64,000 nucleotides of DNA from Candidatus Hydrogenedentota bacterium (GTDB taxonomy: Bacteria; Hydrogenedentota; Hydrogenedentia; Hydrogenedentales; SLHB01). Below are positions 47,601 to 56,600 of the stretch, in pieces. Both the position numbers and the translations under genes were made by a program. The stretch is from positions 61,627-125,626 of the forward strand of contig BTVY01000011.1 of NCBI GenBank assembly GCA_045863335.1, in the 5' to 3' direction. Each line of letters opens with the position of its first letter. Positions within the stretch are counted from its first letter, which is position 1. A model generated the notes under the pieces. The model had not been told where the DNA came from. It did no database searches and worked only from the letters and a program-made list of their open reading frames with translations.

Positions 47601-48026
47601 TCGGCCCCCATTCGGATTCAATGGCAACTGATCGAGGACGGGGTGCTCGCGGACCAGTTCATCGATGCAACAACCACGCCCGGAAGTTTTGATCTGGGCG
47701 TATACACCGCCAATGGTCAGGTTCGGCGAATCACCGCGCCGGTCGACATCGCCACCTTGACGGGCCAACCTGGGTTGGGCGATGTTCCGTTCCGGCAGCG
47801 GCCGATAACGTACGTGTACCGGGCGGCCGCCTACTTCGACGACAATCTCGACACTACACCTGACCCGACGGATAATAACGGCGTGTTTGACCCCAGTGCA
47901 GGCGAAATCATGGACCCGACGCCGGCGAATGTGTATTTCACGGTGGTGCCGACGGGGGTGTCGAATTACATCAAGGCGCCGACGGATGACGATTCGCAGC
48001 CGATCAAGGAGCAGGAGATTCGGTAG
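41691..48026 (+). CDS. Large secreted protein (2111 aa): right-handed beta-helix with about 8 inserted IPT/TIG domains; candidate adhesin
   Basis: GAGGAG RBS; signal peptide ASA|Q; LQEAID, EGITIQNG, NCSISEN, HCSIIDN repeats; IPT motifs (GPVEGGTPVTITG, GANF, GFTY); DFEGDVRP....EIGADE. Confidence 0.8.
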   Translation: MRHRTVAATRSVFAGFLAIAMIAGFSPASAQIGPVYTACQGPNCPVGSFDDLQEAIDEATDAGATGNQALVLVYGGTTWVENLIIEADANIRILGVPLDAQQIIALIDTDGGDFTLTFRDPLTDTDETTAAIPFDATAADVQAELEALTTIDPGDVIVTGPDGGPYEVQFGGNFVGVRMNLLVANNNLTNTGPEEPFIIVESLEGPQNVVIDGSGSGIVIEVVAEPDMDEADRLIVEGITIQNGSDGVQLVDLDGEDVPFSPTFNRCYIRDNTDNGVRVQGDGDPLLVNCSISENGQSGVFVGDGSGVGSGAFADILHCSIIDNEERGIYVETAGNSARVRNTLVFRNGSGAATQGGVIWEINPFIEPSVGPVEGGTPVTITGLDFGAAPVVYFGPPDKPDTIALNITVNGAGTQITCETPPAWTGAPGPVDVYIERADGFVIRVPNGFTYQAAAAVDPIPIVTRVSPGWGPVDNASTTGIDESAIDVYVYGANFDPDCEVWFDFNGNEAINAGIDGQSPRVRWINSGLLLARVPTRATPTTPPVIDVLVRNVPSGRDSLAGPLKDYEYRNVTALAPQIDSIVPSRSTELDGGGVTAEIIGANFDPDCVVLIGGILCTYGSVDVSGQVIRSVIVPVSQFGGGGSYDVTVINPDGTWDVLPRGFTYFPTGEPGTDAGTDVWRVANFVERTAGGVRSIFGHGFDFNVDLETGGTAFATNVQPIAQREIPFTYPANTDGLGLAAGVSAVPIDVMNVGTQQGGPSTQPLASTTLVYAEQRAIAPGAGQALYFEIGSVTAALNPGNPDDISVQILNYQTEMSIYVGDVLVNPADYSAPAPPSAAIGASATVTFPAPAQPNGVWGPVDVRVELPDTSALNGTGELLYYVAENAYSYRRADQAPEAYSVTPNTVPDNDDNGPVSVLISGANFVGPSGAGVYTRVLLDPDTTDDNGNEIDLSAVTGTYSVISFNSITFAIDLDTVDPTFPRNTPVDLVLEQYDATAGTVLVSGGNPLRSRLSGAIRFEDATAPPQITSVANQTDLTATGPVSGYDAVGNTDFLVDITGSGFSTGGVVEPIVLFGTAQAEVQSFSPGAITVELPPAPNGLPGIYDVTVIRPDDQISGSLVGGFTYYMDGAPYINEIVPNHMASDEAGPYFVTIRGYNFDDLVDVRFNGPSGDITISDVRSISPYEIVVVAPDPASLATDPGDYPTGIATVPVTVQNRTDLDATQAGSQGFVSNAVEFYLHNDRENLTANIPELLYNDVYDNNQFDYLNVSPGTGSISIDPALLPDAPWLGKLIVDTDDAPLLNTAGPFTVDPHTITDFEGDVRPTGDGAEIGADEIRDLLDGDSIDQAVWIFARPTPNPVGKMDADELLVELIFTANIVTDDTEVFIGPQGGIPADPAHRIPLELFEQIGRGHYLFRNPEPIETLVVDNTPSGLGQGDIVADGHAAIYVEDLVNFPPGREILGYTGDPVTSLDHGGFIQSQAINGRHFLIDTVPPRIYVEIYESAIGDYLNALDIFPNPPPVSHDDEMVSGNANPASHPPPSFPLPPTGVTVELPTTWSPATLPAPVDYNGALTLPPLAGVDGTKIFFNNGSLAQDSGVSPVGSPLNFVAVVTFIDKPPTEGLDPRAPEINGSATDQDFFSLSPSTNRQVAGFLPEVVDDPVSDSLDTGEARWILGADSVIFSGVPATGNFSTFDAGVPNPGVFDPNLYPFDSVPDPSTPTNSPNHGLSAAWTVGPIPALTIPLDHIHGEGVMVATDLAGNSTEDITAFLTDPLHVWWIIDVHSEIFPDLPDGFATKRPYFTMELDRSFNPQPAGGPPPIFTYRIYASPDFCGDYEVRSPWRPWSPNKSIDDIPNYVTEGEWVLLVVIGADEAGNVEKWPLPGSPVDGPIDLCTATPIPGARNWKRFLFTGFDAPETVIDPTFWHDVNDNNNIDNEPNFGSSRLIPLPDDIGIPVRAEFLVSAIRPPGQSAPIRIQWQLIEDGVLADQFIDATTTPGSFDLGVYTANGQVRRITAPVDIATLTGQPGLGDVPFRQRPITYVYRAAAYFDDNLDTTPDPTDNNGVFDPSAGEIMDPTPANVYFTVVPTGVSNYIKAPTDDDSQPIKEQEIR

Positions 48027-48170
48027 GAGGCTTGCGTAATGCGTTCGGATACGGTTAAATAGGAGCGCGGCAGATCCGCGGACAGTGGTGGACACACCCG
48101 ATGCTTGCGTCGGAAGTTGTGGCGCCGCGGTACTACGCTCTGGGGTAGGAGTGTGAGCTAACCTGCGAGG

Positions 48171-49571
48171 GTGTCCATGACGGCACGCCAGCGGCTTGCG
48201 ATCGCGACGTTGTTCGCCATTTGCGTCCTTTCTTGGGTGGGATGCGGTGGCGGGGCGAAGGAGCAGCACCCGACGACGATCATCGTCGAGTCGAGCCCGG
48301 AAAGCGGGGCCGCAGTGACCATTAACGGGGAACCTTACGGGGAGACCCCGGTTACGGCTCGGGGGTTGGCGCCCGGCGCGGTGCTGGTGGAAGTCACCAA
48401 GGAAGGGTACAAAGACGCGTACGATACGGTACGCGTGCCGGATCAGGGCGAAGCCCGGTTTGAGTTGAAGATGGAGCCGCTGGTGGGCTACGTGACCATC
48501 ATGTCCGAGCCGGACGGCGCGGACGTGTACCTCGATGGACGGGTGCATCTGGGGGTCACGCCCTTGATCGAGCTTCCGATCCCTTCCGGGCAACGGACGT
48601 TGGAGCTGCGGAAGGAGCGGTATCAGAACGCGACGGTGACTTTGGACGTGCGGACGGATTTCAAGTACCGGAAGACGTACGCATTGACACCGAAGAAGGC
48701 CCGGCTCCAGGTGTATTCGATGCCCACGGGCGCCAATGTCTGGCTGAACAACCAGATCCTGGCGGAAAAGACGCCGGTGCAACTGGATCTGGCTCCGGGC
48801 GCGTATACGGTCAGCGTCTATGCCCGTGGCTACGTCATGGCCGAGGACGTCGTAGAGTTGAATCCGGCGGACGAACGCGTTGTGGACCTCAAGATGAAGG
48901 AAGGGGCCGCTCCGCCGGGGATGGTGCTGATTCCGGGCGGTGAATTCTTGTTCGGCGAAGACAATCAAGCGCCCGACGAACGGCCCCGGCAGGCTGTCAT
49001 GCTGGATGCTTACTACATCGACAAGTATGAAGTGACCAACGCCCAGTACAAGGCGGTGTTCCCATCGCACACATTTGAAGAGGAATTCGAAAACTACCCG
49101 GTGACCAACGTCTCCTGGGAGCAGGCATCCGCATACGCGGCTGCGGTTGGAAAGCGATTGCCGACGGAGGAGGAATGGGAAAAGGCCGCGCGGGGAACGG
49201 ACGGACGCGCGTATCCGTGGGGCGAGCTGTTTGACGACAGCCTTGCCAACACGGGGGGCGGGATCAACCCGAAACCCACCGAGGTTGGCGAGTTCCGGGG
49301 CGGCGCGTCTCCGTACGGTTGCCTGGACATGGCAGGCAACGTGTACGAATGGACATCGAGTTGGTACAAGGCCTATTCCGGCAACTCCGAGATCAAGAAG
49401 GACTACGGCCAGGTATACCGCGTGCTTCGTGGAGGGTCTTTCCGCACAAGCAGTTACGACGCGCGCTGTGCCAAGCGGCATTACGCGCGAATGGATGCAA
49501 CGAGAAACGACTATGGTTTTCGCTGCGTAGCGGATGTTGCCGACACATCCGGCAAGCCGGGAGCCAAATAA
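48171..49571 (+). CDS. PEGA-domain / FGE-sulfatase (SUMF1-like) lipoprotein
   Basis: Lipobox WVG|C; three PEGA repeats (SSPESGA, SEPDGA, SMPTGA); YEVTNAQY, RLPTEEEWEKAARG, DMAGNVYEW, RGGS, GFRC. Confidence 0.9.
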   Translation: MSMTARQRLAIATLFAICVLSWVGCGGGAKEQHPTTIIVESSPESGAAVTINGEPYGETPVTARGLAPGAVLVEVTKEGYKDAYDTVRVPDQGEARFELKMEPLVGYVTIMSEPDGADVYLDGRVHLGVTPLIELPIPSGQRTLELRKERYQNATVTLDVRTDFKYRKTYALTPKKARLQVYSMPTGANVWLNNQILAEKTPVQLDLAPGAYTVSVYARGYVMAEDVVELNPADERVVDLKMKEGAAPPGMVLIPGGEFLFGEDNQAPDERPRQAVMLDAYYIDKYEVTNAQYKAVFPSHTFEEEFENYPVTNVSWEQASAYAAAVGKRLPTEEEWEKAARGTDGRAYPWGELFDDSLANTGGGINPKPTEVGEFRGGASPYGCLDMAGNVYEWTSSWYKAYSGNSEIKKDYGQVYRVLRGGSFRTSSYDARCAKRHYARMDATRNDYGFRCVADVADTSGKPGAK

Positions 49572-49618
49572 TACCGGTACAGTGAGTTTGGAAACAGTTG
49601 TCACGAGGGATTTTATTG

Positions 49619-49647
49619 TTGACAACCTCACTTACGTATACTACAAT
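49619..49647 (+). promoter_or_regulatory. Near-consensus sigma70 promoter upstream of pilM
   Basis: TTGACA 49619-49624, 17 bp spacer, TACAAT 49642-49647. Confidence 0.8.
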
Positions 49648-49798
49648 CGAAACTAAGGGCTTACGAGGTCTTGACAGGCCTGCGCCGGTTAGAATTCTCC
49701 GATCTTTCAGGCGTAACGTGTTGCCGTAGTGGGACATTGTGGGGATGTCGGCAACGCGCTGACCTCTGAGTGCTCTGGGTGAAGGGACAGGTGATCCG

Positions 49799-52039
49799 AT
49801 GGCAAAAGCGAAACGCTCACGGATGAAACGGCTCGTTCTTGACGTGGGCTCCAGTGCCGTACGTCTATGCGAACTCTCGCATACGAAGACGGGATACCAA
49901 CTCACCAAATATTACCATCGCGAGTTCGGAATCGATCCCTCCATGGACGAAGACGAACAGCGCAAGGTCCGCGCCGAAACCGTGCGCACTCTCCTGAAAG
50001 ACGCCAAGGTCCGGCACAAGAAGACCGTCCTCGGCGTTCCGGGGCAATCGGTGTTCACCCGCACGCGCGCACTCCCGCCGGTCCCTGAATATAAAGTTAC
50101 GCAAATCGTTCGTTACGAGATTCAACAACAGATCCCCTTCTCGCTCGATCAGATCGCGTTTGATTATCAGGTGCTGCAGCGCACCGAGGCCGGCGGCTAC
50201 GACGTGCTCATGGCGGCTATCAAAGTCGATGTCGTCGAAAAACGGCTCGATATCATTCGCGATGTGAAACGCCAGGTCGACACCGTGGACGTGTGCCCGC
50301 TGGCCGCGTACAACTGGCTGAAATACACGGGCGAGTTCGGCGAAGAAGGGGACTGCGTCGCCTTGATCGATTTGGGCGCCGCCACGACCGACATCGTCAT
50401 CGAGCGCGACAACCAGTTCCGGTTCACGCGCAGCCTCAATCTGGGCGGCAACGACGTTTCCTCCGCCATCGCGGCAGAGTTCGGCGTGTCCTTCGCCGAC
50501 GCCGAGAAGATGAAGCGGGAACGCGGGTTCGCGCCTTCGGGCGATCCGCAGCGCGACGGCAAAGGCGGCGAGGTCATCGGGCGTGTGCTGAATCGCCTGG
50601 TCTCCGAAATATCCCGCTCCTTTGCCTACTTCCGGTCCCAGCCAGGGGGCGGCCCCGTATCGCGGATTATCGTTACCGGGGGCGGCGCGTGTCTCCGCAA
50701 CATGATCCCCTTTTTGCAGCGCCAGCTCGGCATTGAGGTGCGCGTCGCGCAGCCGCTGGCGGGTCTGGCGATTACCCCGGGGGCGCAGGAAGTAAACGAG
50801 CATCCCGAACAGGCAGCGGTAGCGTTGGGCCTCGCCCTTCGATGCTGCGAACGCGTCGCCATCGGCGTGAACCTGATCCCGCCGCGAATCCTGGAAGCGG
50901 CGCGACGCAAGGAACAAGCGGTCTACTGGGCGTTGTCACTACTCACGCTCGGGCTCATCGTGCTGTCCATCGTCCCCTCGATGGCGCAGCGGAACAACAT
51001 GATACTCGAGCAGATCGAGCTCGAGAAGACAGCCATCAGCCGCTACGACCCGCGAATTGTCAATCCGAACACCCCACCGCAATCCTGGAAGTCGCCGCAT
51101 GAAACGGAACTAAGCGACGTCAAAGCCGAGATTGCGCGGTATAAGGACATCGTAACGAAGCTCGATGGCGCGTATACCGCGTTCAAACCTTGGCTTGACT
51201 ACCTGAATACCGTCAACGATTCCCGTCCCCCCGGTAAACTCGTGCTGTTGTGGTCCGTGGAAAGCACGTGGCTCGAAGGCGCGGCGGCGCCCGCCGCGAG
51301 TTCCTCTTCCCGGCCAAGCAGTCGAAGTGAAGGCCGACGGAGTCGCAGCCGCGGCGGTGACGACGATGAAGACGATTCCGCTGCCTCCACCGCAGGTAGC
51401 TCGGGTGTTATTCAAGCCCCTCCACTGAAATACTCGAGTACGGGATTTCGGGGCATCATCTCCAACGACGCTGTCAATGCTACCGTGGGTAGAGGGCGGC
51501 GCGGCGGCGACACTCAATCGGAAGCTCAAGGACCCAGCGAGAATCCAGGCCGGTATAACGGCTTGACAATCCAGGGATATGCCGACAGCGTCGAGACCAT
51601 CCAGCAATACGTCGAGAATCTCCGGGAATCCAACGACTTTCTGGAAGGCAAAGGTGTGTTTTGGGACGACCGATTTACCGATCCCGTACCTCCGACCGTC
51701 CTGGACAATGCCGGGCAAGTGACTTCTTCGCCAAGCCAGATGGGAGGCGGCGGATTTCGGGATAGCGGTGGTGATGACGATGAGGGCCGGCGGGGCCGGG
51801 GCCGGGGTGGCGCGATATCCATTGGCCAAAACATCGGTGGTTACGGACGGCCCGGGGGACAGAGCGATGCGAGCCTCTGGATGAACCCATCCGCGTTGTA
51901 TCCGTTCCGCATCGACCTTCAGTTCTCGGGAGAGCCGGCAGATGAGCAGGCTCCCACAGCCGGTTCCGGGGCATCAGCCGCGGCGCGCTTTCAACAGGGC
52001 GGTGGCTTGAGGCCGCTAATCAACAGAGAAGAAGACTAA
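49799..52039 (+). CDS. pilM: PilM-PilN fusion (actin-like domain + TM + periplasmic domain)
   Basis: LDVGSSAVR, IPFSLD, IDLGAATT, GGNDV, IVTGGG, AVALGLALR, immediately followed by the PilN motif VNLIPP (50867), TM and LTIQGYA. Confidence 0.85.
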   Translation: MAKAKRSRMKRLVLDVGSSAVRLCELSHTKTGYQLTKYYHREFGIDPSMDEDEQRKVRAETVRTLLKDAKVRHKKTVLGVPGQSVFTRTRALPPVPEYKVTQIVRYEIQQQIPFSLDQIAFDYQVLQRTEAGGYDVLMAAIKVDVVEKRLDIIRDVKRQVDTVDVCPLAAYNWLKYTGEFGEEGDCVALIDLGAATTDIVIERDNQFRFTRSLNLGGNDVSSAIAAEFGVSFADAEKMKRERGFAPSGDPQRDGKGGEVIGRVLNRLVSEISRSFAYFRSQPGGGPVSRIIVTGGGACLRNMIPFLQRQLGIEVRVAQPLAGLAITPGAQEVNEHPEQAAVALGLALRCCERVAIGVNLIPPRILEAARRKEQAVYWALSLLTLGLIVLSIVPSMAQRNNMILEQIELEKTAISRYDPRIVNPNTPPQSWKSPHETELSDVKAEIARYKDIVTKLDGAYTAFKPWLDYLNTVNDSRPPGKLVLLWSVESTWLEGAAAPAASSSSRPSSRSEGRRSRSRGGDDDEDDSAASTAGSSGVIQAPPLKYSSTGFRGIISNDAVNATVGRGRRGGDTQSEAQGPSENPGRYNGLTIQGYADSVETIQQYVENLRESNDFLEGKGVFWDDRFTDPVPPTVLDNAGQVTSSPSQMGGGGFRDSGGDDDEGRRGRGRGGAISIGQNIGGYGRPGGQSDASLWMNPSALYPFRIDLQFSGEPADEQAPTAGSGASAAARFQQGGGLRPLINREED

Positions 52040-52965
52040 TGAAGAAGCAGCACATCGTTGCGATTGTCGTTCTCTTGGTCGTCGCTGGAGCGCTCGGTGC
52101 CGGTTATCAGTTCTATTTCAAGGAACAGCTCGAGGAATACAGCGAGAACGAGACTTTTCTGACTCAAATTCGCGCCAAACGAGCGGATTTGGACCGTCAG
52201 TTCGACGGCAAGAAGCCGGACGACGTCGTCGCCGCCTATCGTAACCTCGTCAATCCTTGGGCGGATGCGACCGAGACTCGGGCGCGTCCGTTCCGCTTCG
52301 ATGAATATACTTCCGTCGAGCCGATGCCCGAAGGCGAAATCCCAAAGCCTTATTACATTCGGCAAGTTGAATCCATGAAGAATCAACTGCTTCAGGATGC
52401 CTATACCGGCGGTGTTCCGATTCCCGGTGTGGATCCATACTTCGGGCAGTATAACCCGTCCCAGTTGGCCGGTACGACGATTACTGCCGAAGACGCGAAC
52501 AAGTGGCTTAAAGAAGTCCACTTTGGATCTTCCATCGTTCGGAAGCTCATGGCCAACGGCGCTCTGCAGATCAACAACTTTGGATTCTGGTCGCCCCGGG
52601 TGGTCGAAGGTGTGCTGAATGCCCGGACCTTCGGTGTGGACATGTGGATCCGCATGGGTGACTATTGCCGGTTGGTCCAGGAACTGCAATACGACGAGCA
52701 GACGTTTTTCAGTGTCGCGTCATTTCGTATGACCAATCCGTATCTGAAGTACTACGACCCCCCCCTGCGGGTGGAAATGCTTGTCACGATGGCAGAATAC
52801 CTCGCTCCAGACGCGCCTGCCGGAACCGGTAGCGGAAGCGCGGGGACGGACCTGGCCGACACCTCCGCTGGCGGTCAGCAGAGTATCGAGGAGACTCTCA
52901 CGCGAATGGGGCAGAATCGCGAGCCGGCCGGTGGCGGACCCAACGACGAGCCCGCGGTGGAATAG
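52039..52965 (+). CDS. PilO-like alignment subcomplex protein
   Basis: N-terminal TM plus coiled coil; TAATG coupling to pilMN; position. Confidence 0.6.
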   Translation: MKKQHIVAIVVLLVVAGALGAGYQFYFKEQLEEYSENETFLTQIRAKRADLDRQFDGKKPDDVVAAYRNLVNPWADATETRARPFRFDEYTSVEPMPEGEIPKPYYIRQVESMKNQLLQDAYTGGVPIPGVDPYFGQYNPSQLAGTTITAEDANKWLKEVHFGSSIVRKLMANGALQINNFGFWSPRVVEGVLNARTFGVDMWIRMGDYCRLVQELQYDEQTFFSVASFRMTNPYLKYYDPPLRVEMLVTMAEYLAPDAPAGTGSGSAGTDLADTSAGGQQSIEETLTRMGQNREPAGGGPNDEPAVE

Positions 52966-53053
52966 ATGAACCACGTGCCACTAGATCGCAAATCGCGGCG
53001 ACAGCATACACCGCTCGGTAACGACACGAAACGAGCCCAAGGCGTACATATCC

Positions 53054-53572
53054 ATGAATGATTTCTTGACCATACTGCAGAAGACGGGCGCATGGATCTG
53101 GACCCAGAAAGAGAAGATGGTCCTATTAATACTGGTGGTTGTCTTCGGCTTCCGGGTCTATCAGGTGGTTAGTGGACCCCCGCCCGAACCTCCAGAAGGC
53201 CCCACTCGAGTCGCCGCGGAAGAAAACCCCGATATGCCGGGAGCCCGCCCAGTACCCCCGCCCAAGACGGATTTCCAGAGCTTGGTCAATCGGAACCCAT
53301 TTTCCGTGTACGGGGTATCTGCGGCCACCGACGAGGGCCGGGATGGTGAACCGCGAATCGACCTCGTGCTCGTCCGAGTTGTGCCGTGGAACGACGGGAC
53401 CTACCGGGCAGAGATTATTAGCTCGCAGGACAGCCGGCCACGGCGATACGAAGAGAACGAACCTTTCGAGGGGTACCGGGTGGAGAGTATCAACCCCTCA
53501 GCGAATACGGTGACTGTCTATTCCAGCGAGCACGGACGAAGTTTTACGTTGCAGGCTCAGGAAGCGCCTTGA
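53054..53572 (+). CDS. PilP/GspC-HR-like membrane-anchored protein
   Basis: TM, Pro-rich linker, RNPF motif, small beta domain; directly before the secretin. Confidence 0.6.
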   Translation: MNDFLTILQKTGAWIWTQKEKMVLLILVVVFGFRVYQVVSGPPPEPPEGPTRVAAEENPDMPGARPVPPPKTDFQSLVNRNPFSVYGVSAATDEGRDGEPRIDLVLVRVVPWNDGTYRAEIISSQDSRPRRYEENEPFEGYRVESINPSANTVTVYSSEHGRSFTLQAQEAP

Positions 53573-53627
53573 GTGGGGATTGGGAATTGAGTATAGTTGA
53601 CAAAAATTGCGGGAGGAATACACGCTC

Positions 53628-56600
53628 ATGAGTAACTGGTTGCCGCGGTCGACCACCGCACACAGCCTCATTGTTGCCTTGCTGGTCGCGCTACTGGCTC
53701 CGCTGACCCCGGTTGCCGGCGCTCAGGAATCCGGCGCATCCGCGTCGGTCGATGCAGCAAGCACAGCGGGGGAAAGCGCTGCTCCCGAAGGGATCTCGGA
53801 GGCCGACAAGTTCTATCGAGAAGGCCTGTCCCTCTACAGCCGGGACATGTATCGCGAAGCGCTCAATGCGTTCAATCGCGCGCTGGCACTGGATCCCAAT
53901 CACGAAAACGCCCAGAAAATGGTCGTGAAGTGCGAAGGTAAAATCCAGATGGCCGCCGCCGGAGAATCACCAAGTACGGTCGAAAGCTTCAATGTGATCG
54001 ACCCGGAAGCCATCCAGAGCGAAACGGAAGGCGGTGTGCCCGAGACGGCTGAGGATCTCAAGTACACTCGAACGAAAGAGTTGATGTTGGAAGGCCAGTT
54101 CTATCTGGAGAACGGCAAGTACAACAAGGCTCAGGAATACTTCGAGCAGATCCTCCTGATCGATCCCGGTAACAAAACCGCAACGCGTCTGCTCGCGGAA
54201 GCCACAGTGGGCGCGTACAAGGAAGAGATTCGGGACGACTGGCAACAGCTGGAAATTGACCGGCAGCGCATTCGTACCGGAATCGAAAAGAGCAAACTCC
54301 TCCCCGAAGGCGCGGACGACAAAGGCATCAAAGAGCCTCAAATCTCGGTGCCGGTCGAAGAAGAAGAGTACGCGGTCGAACGAGAAAAGACCGACGTCGA
54401 AATGGCTTTGGATTCCCCCGTCTCAATCGAGTTCGACGACGAACACATCACACGCATTACCGAGTTTATCGCCGAATACGTCGGTATCAACATCGTGGTT
54501 GATGCCCGTGTCGTTCTGCCTCCGCGCCAGGCCGCGCCCGCAACGACCGGCGTCCCAGGACAGCCCACGCCGTTCCCCGGCGCACTGCCTCCGGGAGCCG
54601 GCACCGGAGCGCCCGGAGGATTACCCCCCGGCGCTCTTCCCACACCGGGTGCGCCGGGTTTGCAACCGGGTGGCATCGGCACAATCAATCAGGCTCAGGG
54701 GCTTCAAGTTCAGCCGCAGACAACCGCGACTGGAGAGGAAGTCACCGATGGGTACGTTCCCTACATTAAACTGGAAGACGTTCCACTCAGCGATGCACTC
54801 AAGGCGTTGCTGCGACCCTTGAATCTTTCGTACTCCGTACAACCCGGATTTCTGTGGATAAGTACCGCAGAGAAAATCCGCACGGAATCGTTCGAAGAGT
54901 TGGAGACCCGCATTTACGAACTCCGCAACGCGGGCGCCGAGACGCTATTCAAGATCGTAATTCGAAACCCCGGCGGCCAAGGCGCGTCCAATTTCGGTAT
55001 TGGCGGCGGAGGCGGCGGTAACTTTGGCGGAGGCGGCGGCAACTTCGGCGGAGGCAACTTCGGCGGAGGCAACTTCGGCGGAGGCAACTTCGGCGGAGGC
55101 GGCGGCAACTTCGGCGGCGGCAACTTTGGCGGAGGCGGCGGCAACTTCGGCGGAGGCGGCGGCAACTTCGGCGGAGGCGGCAACTTCGGCGGAGGCGGCA
55201 ACTTTGGCGGAGGCGGCAACTTCGGCGGAGGCGGCAACTTCGGCGGAGGCGGCGGAAACTTCGGCGGAGGAGGCGGCGGCTTCGGCGGCGGCGGCGGTGC
55301 CCAATTCTCCAACATATCCGATCTATTCGGCAGCATCAGTGATTTGGCGGTTGGTGAAACTCCCGCAGTGATCGGCCTCAGCACAAGCGGTACCGGTTTG
55401 ACGACCGGGTCGCTCGGCGGTGGTCAGCTCGGCGGTGGCCAGCTCGGCGGTACCGCTGGTGGAAGGCGAGGGGGCGCTGCCGGCACAGGCAGCCAATTCG
55501 GCGGTACGACAGGCGGCGGGTTGCAGTCGGGCCAAGGCGGGTTGCAAGGGACCGAGGGTCTTGGCGGCGCGGCTGGCCTGGGCGGCTTCCAAGGACAGGC
55601 GGAAGTGCTCACAATCCTGGAGAACGCGATTCCACCCGTCATTGAACCGTACACCGGCGAAGTGTTGTCGTGGATGGTCTATAACCCCGCGATCAACCAA
55701 TTGCTCGTGCACTCCACGCCGACCTATCTCGAAACCTTGGAAGAGCTGATTTCCAATCTCGATGTGACGCCCAAACAGGTCAGCATCGAATCGAAGTTCG
55801 TGACTATCAGTGTGACTGACCTCGACAAAATCGGGTTCTCCTGGGACTTGACTTTGAGCGATCAAAACAGCCGGCCGCGTCAAATCGAGGATCTCGCGGA
55901 TGCGACCCGTTCCTACGACGTGGACGGCGATGGCGCCTTGGAAGACATCCCGTTCTACTCGAAGCCGGATGGCTCGCAGGTCATCGACAACACGGTCGTC
56001 TCCAGCATTATCGAGGCGGTAGCCAACCCCGGCCCCGCCGGAACCTCGTCAATTACGGGTACGATTCTCAACAACGCGGACGGCGACACGCTCAGTGTAA
56101 CGATGGATTACCTGAACAGCTTGACCGACACCGAATTGTTGAGCGCCCCGCGGGTGACCACGATGAACCGCAAACCGGCCGTCATCGCGGATATCCTGAC
56201 ACAGACGTTTAACACCCAGGTCATCTCAACGCTGCAAACAAGCGACGCCGGCTTCGGTGGCACACCCACCACCAGCGCGCAACAGCAACTGCTCTTTACG
56301 CAGTTCTTCTTCGGAATCACCCTGTCTGTGACGCCTCAGATCACCGGCGGCAACCAGGTTCGCTTGTGGCTGAACCCGCAGGTAACGACCCAACAGGGTG
56401 AAGACCGGTTCGTGCAGCGCAGCATCATCGACGGCGACACGCTCGAAGCCGAGATCGCATTCCCGCGCACCTCGGTGCAGTCGATCTGGACCAACGTCAT
56501 CGTACGTGACGGCGATACCTTGGTGCTTGGCGGTCTCATCACTGACCGGACGACCAAGGGACAAGAACGCGTACCGTATCTCTCTGAGATTCCGGTGCTC

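Noticed and set aside
49380-49530. FGE/CLec C-terminus as a possible diversity-generating retroelement variable region
   Set aside because: No template repeat or reverse transcriptase seen in the window
49671-49695. Second TTGACA...TAGAAT promoter before pilM
   Set aside because: Spacer is only 13 bp
54914-55384. Extensin-like PPPKL ORF (- strand) and AEAAATS ORF (+ strand alternative frame)
   Set aside because: Alternative-frame readings of the Gly-Asn-Phe repeat inside the secretin gene
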